NCBI GenBank assembly: GCA_964016885.1
Contig: OZ024742.1
Span: forward strand, 246,946,001 to 247,010,000
Source: Eledone cirrhosa
Lineage: Eukaryota
DNA: 64,000 nucleotides
Reading direction: 5' to 3'
Every line of letters starts with the position of its first letter. The first letter of the stretch is position 1. The translations under genes and the position numbers were made by a program. Positions 52,981 through 64,000 of this stretch are shown in pieces. The notes below the pieces were generated by a model that made no database searches, had not been told where the DNA came from, and worked only from the letters and a program-made list of their open reading frames with translations.

Positions 52981-53406
52981 TCTAAACATAGTTCTCTCCC
53001 TTTCAAACACTCCTTCCCTCTCTATCACTTTTGCTCATTCTCTGTCGTCTTTTCGAAGGCCATGCCTTCACAAAAGGCGAGTGAAAGAATCGTAGATCAC
53101 GTGCTACAAATTTAATCTAACCAATTATTAAACACAGGTTTAAGTGGTCCTAGTCATATTGTCACCTATAACTGTAATCAATTGTAACTCACGAAAACAC
53201 GTACACACACAAACACACTCACACACACAAATAAATACACATACACACATACACATATACACATACACTCACACACACGTACACATCACACACACAAATA
53301 CACTCACATAAACGCACAACGAGAAAATTAGTGAGAGAGAGGGAGAGACGGGGAGACCGACAGACAGGAAGACACACACACACACACACACACAAGCACA
53401 CACACA

Positions 53407-53584
<178 letters not shown>

Positions 53585-53629
53585 GAGAGTAAAACAAAGA
53601 ATCCTTTAATACATCAAAAGTTTTTATTA

Positions 53630-53667
53630 GCCGACAATGTTTCGTCCTATTAAGGACTCATCAGGGC
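53630..53667 (-). ncRNA. minimal type-I hammerhead ribozyme (left arm)
   Basis: gcc-CTGATGA-gtcct-taat-aggac-GAAA-cattg-TC-ggc, then AATAAA. Confidence 0.85.
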
Positions 53668-53806
53668 AATCAAAACAACAAGAGGTAATATCGGCAGATA
53701 CAAGCCGGAAACTCTGAAGAATATGGAGTGTACATACACTAATGTCTTACAAAAATATATGATAATAAAAATGAAAATAAAAATAAAAATAATAAAAATA
53801 TATAAT

Positions 53807-53899
53807 TGTTTCTACTTTAGGCACAAGGCCAGCAATTACCCAGTGCATTACTGGTACTTTATTTTATCGACTCCATAAGGATGAAAGGCAAAGTCAACC
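53807..53899 (-). mobile_element. SINE family A 3' fragment (93 bp), 16-bp TSD
   Basis: AATAAAAATATATAAT at 53791-53806 and 53900-53915; the right arm has a single copy (empty site) near 58582-58597. Confidence 0.93.
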
Positions 53900-55118
53900 A
53901 ATAAAAATATATAATAAGAATAACTAAGGATGTAGATAACATTAAGAACCATATTACAAATATAGTCCAAAGCAACTAACCTAAATCTAAACAAATTTGG
54001 TTATATAGAGCAGGAATTATATATAACACAATATAATACATTATAATAATAATATACTTTCACCAACATTAAAATTACAAATTAAAAATCAAAAGGTACA
54101 ATATATACATGTATATATGTGCGCACACACACACACACACACATATATAACAACACACACATCTATGTTCCGCTACACAAAATTAAGCCCTATTAGAAGT
54201 TTGAATATAAAAATAAGCATGATAAGAGTGAAAATAATACTAATACATCTACCCAATATACATGAGGCAATAATATGGTATAATTACAAGAAACACATAT
54301 AACAAATAATAAACAACAAAATTATATAATTCAATATAATATAATAAAATAAAATAAAATAGATAATCCCCGGTTAATTTACAGAAACAATATAGATGTC
54401 ACAATAAAATACAATGATAATACGTTAACAGTGTACTAACATTTACCATAAACAATATATACAAATCGATTCATACTGGGTTACAGAATAAATGAGGAAA
54501 AATAAATTATATAATACTCAAAAAAACACTATAATGGTACAGGGAAAAATTATGATGTTACAGAAAAAAATATACAGACATCTTACATGATATGTAAAGT
54601 CTAAATATCATAATGTTACATATAATGAACAGTAAGTAATAAGGATCAATATTACAATATTACAAAAATCCAGACATCTTACATGATATATAAAGTTTAA
54701 ATATCATAATGTTACATATAATGAACAGTAAGTAATAAGGATCAATATTACAATACAATATAATATAATATATTATAAATTGGCATAAAATATATAAATA
54801 CTTATAATTACAAGGTTAGTAGACAGACATATGTGGATGAGTAAGCAAAGCCAGACAGTGAATAGCAAATAGAATATAGAATAAAATAATTAAATACAAT
54901 CAACCGGAAATTACAAAACAAAAGCAAATATATACACACTTAGGCCTCGCGTGCATTTAAAAAATTAGGTAAACGCTAAGGAAAACAATCATTTTAATTG
55001 ACTCCAAACCCTATTTGATAAATTAATATTAAAAATATCAAACCCGTCCAATAAGGTAGTATAATATTAGCTGTAGTTTAAGTCATTAAAGTATATAAAC
55101 TTTAATGTATCGTTACAA

Positions 55119-55883
55119 ATGTTTACAAAAAGGAATGAAAATTTTATACTATCATATATTTTAGAGAAAAATTTCCCCCCTTTCCCCCCTTCTCACAAAT
55201 ACCATGGTATTTTTAATAAAAATGTTATTAAACTCTCATTCTCTACCACCCCTAATATTAGTTCTCATTTAGCTAGCACTAATAATAGGAAAATTAGGGA
55301 TGGATTCTCCTCTCTACATACTACTAGTCTGAACGGATCTGACAATGCTTTACCACCAGAGCAGTCCTTATCTAATAGAGGTCCTACATGTAATACATCA
55401 CCACTCGAGCCAACCAATAACACCCGGAAGTGCAATTGTAGAGTGAGTGCTAACTGCCCTCTAAACGGTAACTGCCTTTCTAAGAACATTGTCTACGCTT
55501 GCGAGGTTATAACTAATTCCTCTAATAGAACGTATATAGGATCTACTTCAAACACTTTTAAGACTAGGTTTAACTCTCATATCTCTAACTTCAAACATGT
55601 TAGGTTTAAGAATTCTACCTCTTTAGCGCATTATATCTGGGATCTTAAGGGAGCTTATATACCATATAGCCTTAACTGGAGTTTAGTAGCACGATCTAAC
55701 CACCTTTCTGCATATAGTAAGTTTTGTAATCTCTGTATACTTGAGACACACTCTATTATTTTCTCTAGCGTACCCTTACTGAATAGAAAGTCTGAGATAT
55801 TCTCTTCTTGCCCCCACGCCATTTCTAATTCTTATTTTTATTATAAACCCAAATGTTCTAGTAGTACAAATTGTACCCATTAG
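55119..55883 (+). CDS. PLE-derived GIY-YIG endonuclease ORF (254 aa, no RT)
   Basis: Motifs CNCRVSANCPLNGNC, IVYAC...YIGSTS...RFNSH, CNLCILE and LNRKSE...CPH. Homology to other PLEs starts at ~55161 (LEKNFPP). Expression unknown. Confidence 0.6.
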   Translation: MFTKRNENFILSYILEKNFPPFPPSHKYHGIFNKNVIKLSFSTTPNISSHLASTNNRKIRDGFSSLHTTSLNGSDNALPPEQSLSNRGPTCNTSPLEPTNNTRKCNCRVSANCPLNGNCLSKNIVYACEVITNSSNRTYIGSTSNTFKTRFNSHISNFKHVRFKNSTSLAHYIWDLKGAYIPYSLNWSLVARSNHLSAYSKFCNLCILETHSIIFSSVPLLNRKSEIFSSCPHAISNSYFYYKPKCSSSTNCTH

Positions 55884-56603
55884 CAGATATATTCCATTAC
55901 TTAGTTTTTTGTTTGGGTTCTTTTGTTTGCCTACATTAATGTTATCATCATTATCACCATTGGTTTTTGATGACTCTTCATTCTAGCTCTCATAATCATT
56001 TGGCTACTGTACCATATCTATGTTTTCACTATTACACCTTGTTAATATACATAAGATTACACACTTTACACCACTTACATTATTCTATTATTATCTGACT
56101 TAAGTAGAATTAAGGTAGGCTAATGCGGACAGAATTGACGAAATATAAGGAGGGTGCGAAGTGGCATAAAATATAGTCGATATACTACAATAAATAATAG
56201 AACGGAGAATAAAAGAGGGGGGGGGGGTTTAAATATAATCATAGTCAATCTGGAGGGGTTGACAATAAGTTTATGTGCGCTTGGGGGGGGGGGAGGGGGT
56301 GTCGAAAGATAAATCAGAATAAACTTAGAAATAAAAATAGAATTAAAAATAAAATTAAAATTAAAATTAAAATTAATAATAATAAAAAAATAAAGATAAT
56401 AGAATAACGTAAGTGGCGTAAAGTGTGTAATCTTATGTATATTAACAAGGTGTAATAGTGAAAACATAGATATGGTACAGTAGCCAAATGATTATGAGAG
56501 CTAGAATGAAGAGTCATCAAAAACCAATGGTGATAATGATGATAACATTAATGTAGGCAAACAAAAGAACCCAAACAAAAAACTAAGTAATGGAATATAT
56601 CTG

Positions 56604-57368
56604 CTAATGGGTACAATTTGTACTACTAGCACATTTGGGTTTATAATAAAAATAAGAATTAGAAATGGCGTGGGGGCAAGAAGAGAATATCTCAGACTTT
56701 CTATTCAGAAATGGTACGCTAGAGAAAATAATAGAGTGTGTCTCAAGTATACAGAGATTACAAAACTTACTATATGCAGAAAGGTGGTTAGATCGTGCTA
56801 CTAAACTCCAGTTAAGGCTATATGGTATATAAGCTCCCTTAAGATCCCAGATATAATGCGCTAAAGAGGTAGAATTCTTAAACCTAACATGTTTGAAGTT
56901 AGAGATATGAGAGTTAAACCTAGTCTTAAAAGTGTTTGAAGTAGATCCTATATACGTTCTATTAGAGGAATTAGTTATAACCTCGCAAGCGTAGACACTG
57001 TTCTTAGAAAGGCAGTTACCGTTTAGAGGGCAGTCAGCACTCACTCTACAAATGCACTTCCGGGTGTTATTGGTTGGCTCGAGTGGTGATGTATTACACG
57101 TAGGACCTCTATTAGATAAGGACTGCTCTGGTGGTAAAGCATTGTCAGATCCGTTCAGACTAGTAGTATGTAGAGAGGAGAATCCATCCCTAATTTTCCT
57201 ATTATTAGTGCTAGCTAAATGAGAACTAATATTAGGGGTGGTAGAGAATGAGAGTTTAATAACATTTTTATTAAAAATACCATGGTATTTGTGAGAAGGG
57301 GGGAAAGGGGGGAAATTTTTCTCTAAAATATATGATAGTATAAAATTTTCATTCCTTTTTGTAAACAT
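56604..57368 (-). CDS. second copy of the GIY-YIG ORF (254 aa, 5 substitutions)
   Basis: Same motifs; differences N>I, N>D, I>S, L>F and S>A. Confidence 0.6.
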   Translation of the reverse strand: MFTKRNENFILSYILEKNFPPFPPSHKYHGIFNKNVIKLSFSTTPNISSHLASTNNRKIRDGFSSLHTTSLNGSDNALPPEQSLSNRGPTCNTSPLEPTNNTRKCICRVSADCPLNGNCLSKNSVYACEVITNSSNRTYIGSTSNTFKTRFNSHISNFKHVRFKNSTSLAHYIWDLKGAYIPYSLNWSLVARSNHLSAYSKFCNLCILETHSIIFSSVPFLNRKSEIFSSCPHAISNSYFYYKPKCASSTNCTH

Positions 57369-58337
57369 TTGTAACGTTACATTAAAGTTTATATACTTTA
57401 ATGACTTAAACTACAGCTAATATTATACTACCTTATTGGACGGGTTTGATATTTTTAATATTAATTTATCAAATAGGGTTTGGAGTCAATTAAAATGATT
57501 GTTTTCCTTAGCGTTTACCTAATTTTTTAAATGCACGCGAGGCCTAAGTGTGTATATATTTGCTTTTGTTTTGTAATTTCCGGTTGATTGTATTTAATTA
57601 TTTTATTCTATATTCTATTTGCTATTCACTGTCTGGCTTTGCTTACTCATCCACATATGTCTGTCTACTAACCTTGTAATTATAAGTATTTATATATTTT
57701 ATGCCAATTTATAATATATTATATTATATTGTATTGTAATATTGATCCTTATTACTTACTGTTCATTATATGTAACATTATGATATTTAAACTTTATATA
57801 TCATGTAAGATGTCTGGATTTTTGTAATATTGTAATATTGATCCTTATTACTTACTGTTCATTATATGTAACATTATGATATTTAGACTTTACATATCAT
57901 GTAAGATGTCTGTATATTTTTTTCTGTAACATCATAATTTTTCCCTGTACCATTATAGTGTTTTTTTGAGTATTATATAATTTATTTTTCCTCATTTATT
58001 CTGTAACCCAGTATGAATCGATTTGTATATATTGTTTATGGTAAATGTTAGTACACTGTTAACGTATTATCATTGTATTTTATTGTGACATCTATATTGT
58101 TTCTGTAAATTAACCGGGGATTATCTATTTTATTTTATTTTATTATATTATATTGAATTATATAATTTTGTTGTTTATTATTTGTTATATGTGTTTCTTG
58201 TAATTATATCATATTATTGCCTCATGTATATTGGGTAGATGTATTAGTATTATTTTCACTCTTATCATGCTTATTTTTATATTCAAACTTCTAATAGGGC
58301 TTAATTTTGTGTAGTGGAACATAGATGTGTGTGTTGT

Positions 58338-58376
<39 letters not shown>

Positions 58377-58720
58377 ACACATATACATGTATATATTGTA
58401 CCTTTTGATTTTTAATTTGTAATTTTAATGTTGGTGAAAGTATATTATTATTATAATGTATTATATTGTGTTATATATAATTCCTGCTCTATATAACCAA
58501 ATTTGTTTAGATTTAGGTTAGTTGCTTTGGACTATATTTGTAATATGGTTCTTAATGTTATCTACATCCTTAGTTATTCTTATTATATATTTTTATTATT
58601 TTTATTTTTATTTTCATTTTTATTATCATATATTTTTGTAAGACATTTGTGTATGTACACTCCATATTCTTCAGAGTTTCCGGCTTGTATCTGCCGATAA
58701 TACATCTTGTTGTTTTGATT

Positions 58721-58758
58721 GCCCTGATGAGTCCTTAATAGGACGAAACATTGTCGGC
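58721..58758 (+). ncRNA. minimal type-I hammerhead ribozyme (right arm)
   Basis: gcc-CTGATGA-gtcct-taat-aggac-GAAA-cattg-TC-ggc; canonical core with a GUC cleavage triplet. Confidence 0.85.
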
Positions 58759-59256
58759 TAATAAAAACTTTTGATGTATTAAAGGATTCTTTGTTTTACT
58801 CTCTTAATTGTTTGGCTCTGTTTAACTGCATTGAGCTATACCTTTTACTGTCATTTCTATAATACGAAAGAGGGTGTTTGACTCCAACACGCTCCAGTAT
58901 TCTAATCCTTATATATATATATATATATATCCCTTCTGTGACTACTGTATCATGTGTTAATTTCTCTCTCCGCCTCCCGAGAAATTCTCACTTCCTTCGA
59001 AACAAACAGTCCCTTTTTTTCTTTTTTTTTACCACTGCATCACATGTTAATTTGTCCTTCCGCATTCAGAAATGTTCTCACTTGCTATGAACACACAAGG
59101 AAACAGTCCTTTTTTCTGAGGGGTTCTCTTGATAAGCCGTTTCAACATCACAGCGATGATGCACTTTTATAGTGCAGTATCGTTGTACTCGTATCGGCGA
59201 AATTGCAGTCGGGAGGAAAGTAGATTTTTGTCTATTATCTTTCATATTTTGTAATT

Positions 59257-59320
<64 letters not shown>

Positions 59321-59451
59321 AATTATATATATATATATTATATATATATATTATATATATATTATATATATATATATATATATATCAAATTATATATATA
59401 TATATATATATAATTTGATATATATATATATATATATAATATATATATAAT

Positions 59452-59511
<60 letters not shown>

Positions 59512-59514
<3 letters not shown>

Positions 59515-59565
59515 TACATGTGCAGTTTTGCTAATATATATATTAGCAAAACTGCACATGTAAAA
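59512..59565. repeat. perfect 54-bp palindrome centred on a TA run
   Basis: ttttacatgtgcagttttgctaatata|tatattagcaaaactgcacatgtaaaa. Confidence 0.95.
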
Positions 59566-60716
59566 TTGAACATAACGACAGAAGAATACAAGTAACTCTT
59601 CTCCTTTTCATTCATCCACTGCAAATAGAATTTTGTTCTTTGGGGTTGGATTGTATATCAGGTTGTACAGTACGTTGAAAAGGCTTTGTTAGATGCAGGA
59701 GAGCCAGATAAAACAACAGAAAAATAAATTAACCGACCAGAAAATATAGAGTTAAATATAAACGACCATTTCGAGTAGAACAATATTCAAATATCTCTAT
59801 GTGACTTGTGAAAGAAGAGGGTATTTGTGTATTAAGTATCAGTGGAAAGGAAGGAAATATAGGGACTTTCGTCGAAAAATGATAACGAAATAAAACGACA
59901 GCAGTGCAAAAGTAGCTCTCCGGCAAGAGAGCAGCTAGGAGAAGACAAGTTACATACCCACCATATATAATGGGTTGTAATAAAAGTTCATGGCATTTTT
60001 CTATTGATTGTGTTTATTCACATGGTTTAGTTGATCATGTAACAGAAGCATATGCCATATATATGTACCTATTACCCACTCTGCTATCGAGTACTCTGGT
60101 GCGTTATAGTCCAGCTGGTTGCCTACCACACTTCCTTCGTTATATATATATATATATTCGGAAAGAGGGGATCTCAACTCATTTTTCTATCTGAATATTG
60201 TGCGGATTATTTACATCTTCTGTTTTTTCAATAAAAATGAAAATGAGGGGGAATGAGGAGCATTTTCGTCATCTGATGCTCCTTTATCTTCGAAAAGGAA
60301 ACAAATGCTGCACAAACAGTGAAAAAACTATATGCTATTTATGGAGATAGTTCAGTGGCTGATAGTACTGTTCGCAAGTGGTTTGAAATGTTTAGAGTCG
60401 AACAGATTAAACACGAAGACGGTTCACATACGGACAGACCTATTGTCATTGATAAAAAATCCAGGTAACAGAACGTGAGCTATCGCAGAGATATTTCACA
60501 TATCTCATATGAGCGTTACAACGTATTTGAAAACACTTGGATACGTGAATTACGTCGTAATTTAATGAAAAAAAAATTAATAGAATGCGTTTCCAATACA
60601 ACTCTGTGATCAAACGAAATTAAAACGCTCCATTTTTTAAAAGAATGATCACGTGTGTCAACAACAGTGTGGAGCATAATAGAACGTAAGGAAAACTAAA
60701 TACGAACAATTTCCAC

Positions 60717-60903
60717 TGTGGATTGGCAGTATCGATAGCGGGTCGAACGCCATGCTTTGACTCATAGAGTTACGACCCTTGCCATTCTGAGTTCAAATAG
60801 CGCCGAGGTTAACTTTGCCTTTCATCCTTACGGGGTCGATAAAATAAAGTACCAGTAATGCATTGGGTAATTGCTGGCCTTGTGACAAAACGTAGAAACA
60901 ATT
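60717..60903 (+). mobile_element. SINE family A
   Basis: Colinear with 31980-32164. Confidence 0.85.
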
Positions 60904-60964
60904 ATATATTATGAGCTCCTCCCACGAATTCAGACGATAAATTGAGACAATTATTGTTCTCAAT

Positions 60965-61151
60965 GGCGGTGAATTGGCAGTATCTGTATAGGGTCGGACG
61001 CCGTGCCTTGCAGCATAGAGTTACGGCTCTTTACTATCTGAGTTCAAATCCCACCGAGGTTAACTTTGCTATTCATGCTTACGATGTCGATAAAGTAGCA
61101 CCAGTAATCCACTGGGATAATTGCTGGCCTGGTGCCAAAGAGTAGAAAATC
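60965..61151 (+). mobile_element. SINE family A, full length, 15-bp TSD ATTATTGTTCTCAAT
   Basis: TSD at 60950-60964 and 61152-61166. Confidence 0.9.
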
Positions 61152-61512
61152 ATTATTGTTCTCAATTAGACCAATTAATGGAGTTAATCGATAAAAATCG
61201 TCCAGATCAGCAAACCGTATGAGTGTGGTTATACAATGTTAGACCACACGTTTTTTGCAGACCCGGCAGAAATGGATACAGCTTGCCAGGGATGTCCTAC
61301 TGCACACCCCATACTTACCTAACCTTAGCCTTTCGGATTATCATCTATTCTGATCCATACAAAATTGTTTTAATGAGAAGAACTTCGTTTCTTTAGAAGA
61401 CTGCAACAATCCTCTAGACTAAGAAAATGCCAAGTTGCCTGAAAGATTGCAAGCGGTGGTGGAACAAAATGGAAATATACCTATAATATATACATAGGTA
61501 CATATATGGGAC

Positions 61513-61930
61513 TCTAGAAAGCTGGAAGGCCTCTATCATCCAAAGTGGGGAACAAAATCGAATGCTTATACTTGTAGTAAACATGGTTACAGCCAGACTG
61601 TAACCGTGCTCCTTTCTTCCCATCTGCTTGCTCATCTGTGATTATATTGTCACATTGATCTTCGAGAAATAAGTTCAGGCAGCCTGTATACATTAGATTC
61701 TGCCATGCAATGGGTCTGTAGTTTTTTGTCAAGTGGGTGTTTTTGATCTTGGGGACCATAATATTGTTTGTTCTAATAACAGCCACCCTGGTATATGTGC
61801 ATCTCCCTTGAGAGCTGGTAGAGGTTGATAAGATACATCCGATAGAGAGTCAGTTTTTTGTACCAGTAGCCGACAATGAATTCTCACCCTGGAGCTTTCT
61901 TATCTCGGTGTTTTCCCATCACAGTCTCAA
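61513..61930 (-). pseudogene. internal RT fragment of an R4/Dong-like element
   Basis: Motifs KAPG, IVGYWYKKL, PKIKNTHLTKNYRPIA, NIITDEQ and DYK*AFDFVPH. Confidence 0.65.
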
Positions 61931-62689
61931 GGGTATCATCTATGACATAGATGATCCCAAAGTGGGTTCCGCAGAATCCTAGGGTTCCGCGACGCACGGC
62001 CAATTGTCGATTTCTGTTCAGCCATGCTGCTTGTAGCATGAATTGTAAAATGGATTCAGTATTTAGATGGGTATCGATACGATTTTGTATAAAAGATGCC
62101 TCCTTCAATGAATATAATTAGAAGAATACTAGTTATTCAACACGATGCGGAATTTATGTCGGGGATAGTATTCATCTTAAATTTAATGAATAGTCTCCCA
62201 CGCTTGGCCCAGATGTTCTGCTAGAAGATGGGTCGCAGGTGGTGGATAGCGATATCAGCGGGCACCAGATATGATGGCTATTTACGATATAAGCAGGTAA
62301 CTGGTGGACAAATAAATAACTCCAGACCAACAACGGTAAAGTACTAGGGGAGATGGAGAAATGGGCGACACTTGTAGCTCCCAAGAAAACTTTCACAACC
62401 AAGTGACGTATCTACGACGAGGCGAGTTAACGCCGGTTTTAAAAAGCCTAGTTTTCGCAGGTTTGACAAATACCAGATTGGTGACTGGCGCGAATAAATC
62501 CACTGAATCTGAAACTGCAATATGGTGAGGAAAACATAGAAAAAACATACCACATCGTCCTTCGTGAGGGTTAACAAGGGATATGTTCAGGCCTTAGGTA
62601 GAGGGGCCTGTTCGAAAAATATATTGCTCTTCTCCATTCCGCAAAAACTGACGATGGGCTTGCGACCTGTCCTGGGAGGCATGGGATGG

Positions 62690-64000
62690 ACGCACAAAGA
62701 TTGCATAACCCGAAATACCAAAGAAGGTCCGAAAGGGAGCAAACCCTGACTGTTGGAATCTGGAACATCACATCCCTAACAGGTAAGGAGCAAGAACTAG
62801 TGGAGGAGCCTAGATGCTATCGCCTAGATATAGTTTCCTCAACAAAGTTCCGTAGCTCTGACACGATTTGGGTGGAGGATGGAAACTCCACTATTCAGGT
62901 GTGACACCAGAAATGAGTGCTCAAGCAGGAGTGGCGATTCTCACAAGGTCCCGGCTTTCAGAATGTGTTACGAACTCGATTCCTTTGAGAGGGAGGATTT
63001 GCCACATACAACTTAGGCTTAAAGATAGGTCTCTGTGGGTGGTGAAAATATATGCACAAAACAAAAAAGAGTCCGAATACAGGTCCTTCCATGATGAAGT
63101 CACTGCAGCGTTAAATGTAGTTAAGACTGAGTCATATATCTTGATGAGAGACTTCAATACACATGTTGGCACTGACAACCTGACATGCAAAGTAGTGATT
63201 GGAAGGAAAGTGCGAACCCGATCAAAATACGAATGGAGAGGCCTTGTTGGACATCTGTTCTAGCAATGGACTCTCTAGTATGAATACCCTCGGTTTCTGC
63301 TTCAGCTGTTAAATGTTGCTGGTGAAAGAGATTCAGTGTGGCGCTGAATGGCAGGAGAACACCTTGGTTCAACCAAGAGGTCAAAGATGACATCCGAGCA
63401 AAGCAGGTTTACAATTCTTGGCTTCGAAATAAGTCCTCCTTGCACTTGCGGTACAAGCAGGCACAAAAATCGCAGTAACGGCGTCCAAAGTTAAGACGTG
63501 GGAGGACTTTGGGGTTAGGCTGGAATCTGATCTCAGATCAGCAAATAAAGTGTTCTGGCAGACCATCCACCGACTTCGTAATAAGAAGCCCTCCCCCACA
63601 CCTCCTATTAAGAACGAATTGTCTGGCGTTCTCCTCTCTTAAGATAGGTGCATCCTCGCGAGGTGGAGAGAATACTTTGATGATCACAACACCATTTTTA
63701 GACGTACACGTTGTGCATCTGGGAGCTGTGACTAATCTCGCAGAGGCTGAGGTCACAAGAGCAAATAAAGAGCTCAAATGTGGCAAGGCCGCTGGGGTAG
63801 GTGAAATCCTGTAGAGATGCAGTGAGATTGTTGAGTCCAAGCTAGCCAAGGGACAGTGTGGTTTTCTTCCCGGACGCAGCACAACCGACCAAATGTTCAT
63901 ACTGCCGCAGGTATTCGGGAAATCGTGGGAGTATGGTCAAGAAGTATATTCTTGTTTTGTCGACCTTGAAAAGGCATATGACCTGCTGTGGAAACCTGTG
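62690..64000 (+). mobile_element. RTE-clade LINE (Expander/Rex3-like), decayed, runs off window
   Basis: Motifs VGIWNITSLTGKEQELVEE, GWKLHYSGV, AQAGVAIL, DFNTHVG, GKAAGVGEI, QCGF...STTDQMF and CFVDLEKAYD. Confidence 0.85.

Larger units (their letters stand above)
59968..61490 (+). mobile_element. decayed mariner transposon interrupted by later insertions
   Basis: Hand translation gives EHFRHLMLLYLRKG / NAAQTVKKLYAIYGDSSVADSTVRKWF (60258-60384), HTPYLPNLSLSDYHLF (YSPDL motif, 61303-61350) and AVVEQNG. Confidence 0.8.

Noticed and set aside
54570-54760. ~96-bp tandem duplication (mirrored in the right arm) as a CRISPR-like or regulatory array
   Set aside because: There are only two units and no spacers; it is an ordinary duplication inside a PLE 3' UTR.

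Overview
This is AT-rich, microsatellite-dense eukaryotic DNA with no recognisable host exon. The SINE and repeat style suggests a cephalopod such as octopus, which is inference only. Nearly everything identifiable is retroelement-derived. (1) Three divergent Tx1/L1-clade LINEs sit head-to-tail at 1-14.2 kb, each ending AATAAAGAAA followed by (TATC)n. A fourth relative at 21.8-27.6 kb lies inside an (ATT)n tract that it shares tail-to-tail with an R4/Dong-like element. (2) Penelope-like elements (PLEs) and their terminal fragments are common. Most carry the CxCx5Cx5C linker of the Naiad type, and together they hold about 15 minimal type-I hammerhead ribozyme motifs, most with a self-complementary stem III, including U3-A8 and U4C core variants. 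(3) A 5.2-kb inverted duplication (53.6-58.8 kb) carries two open stand-alone GIY-YIG ORFs and a filled/empty SINE site pair. (4) The rest includes two RTE LINE remnants, two tRNA-derived SINE families, a mariner remnant and a 79-bp MITE. The most promising leads are partitioning of microsatellite targets among retroelement families, splice-like sites that bracket Tx1 ORF2 exactly, a retrozyme-like 314-nt unit, and a TGA at a conserved Cys of a Naiad-type endonuclease. All alignments and RNA folds were done by eye, so boundaries of decayed elements are approximate.
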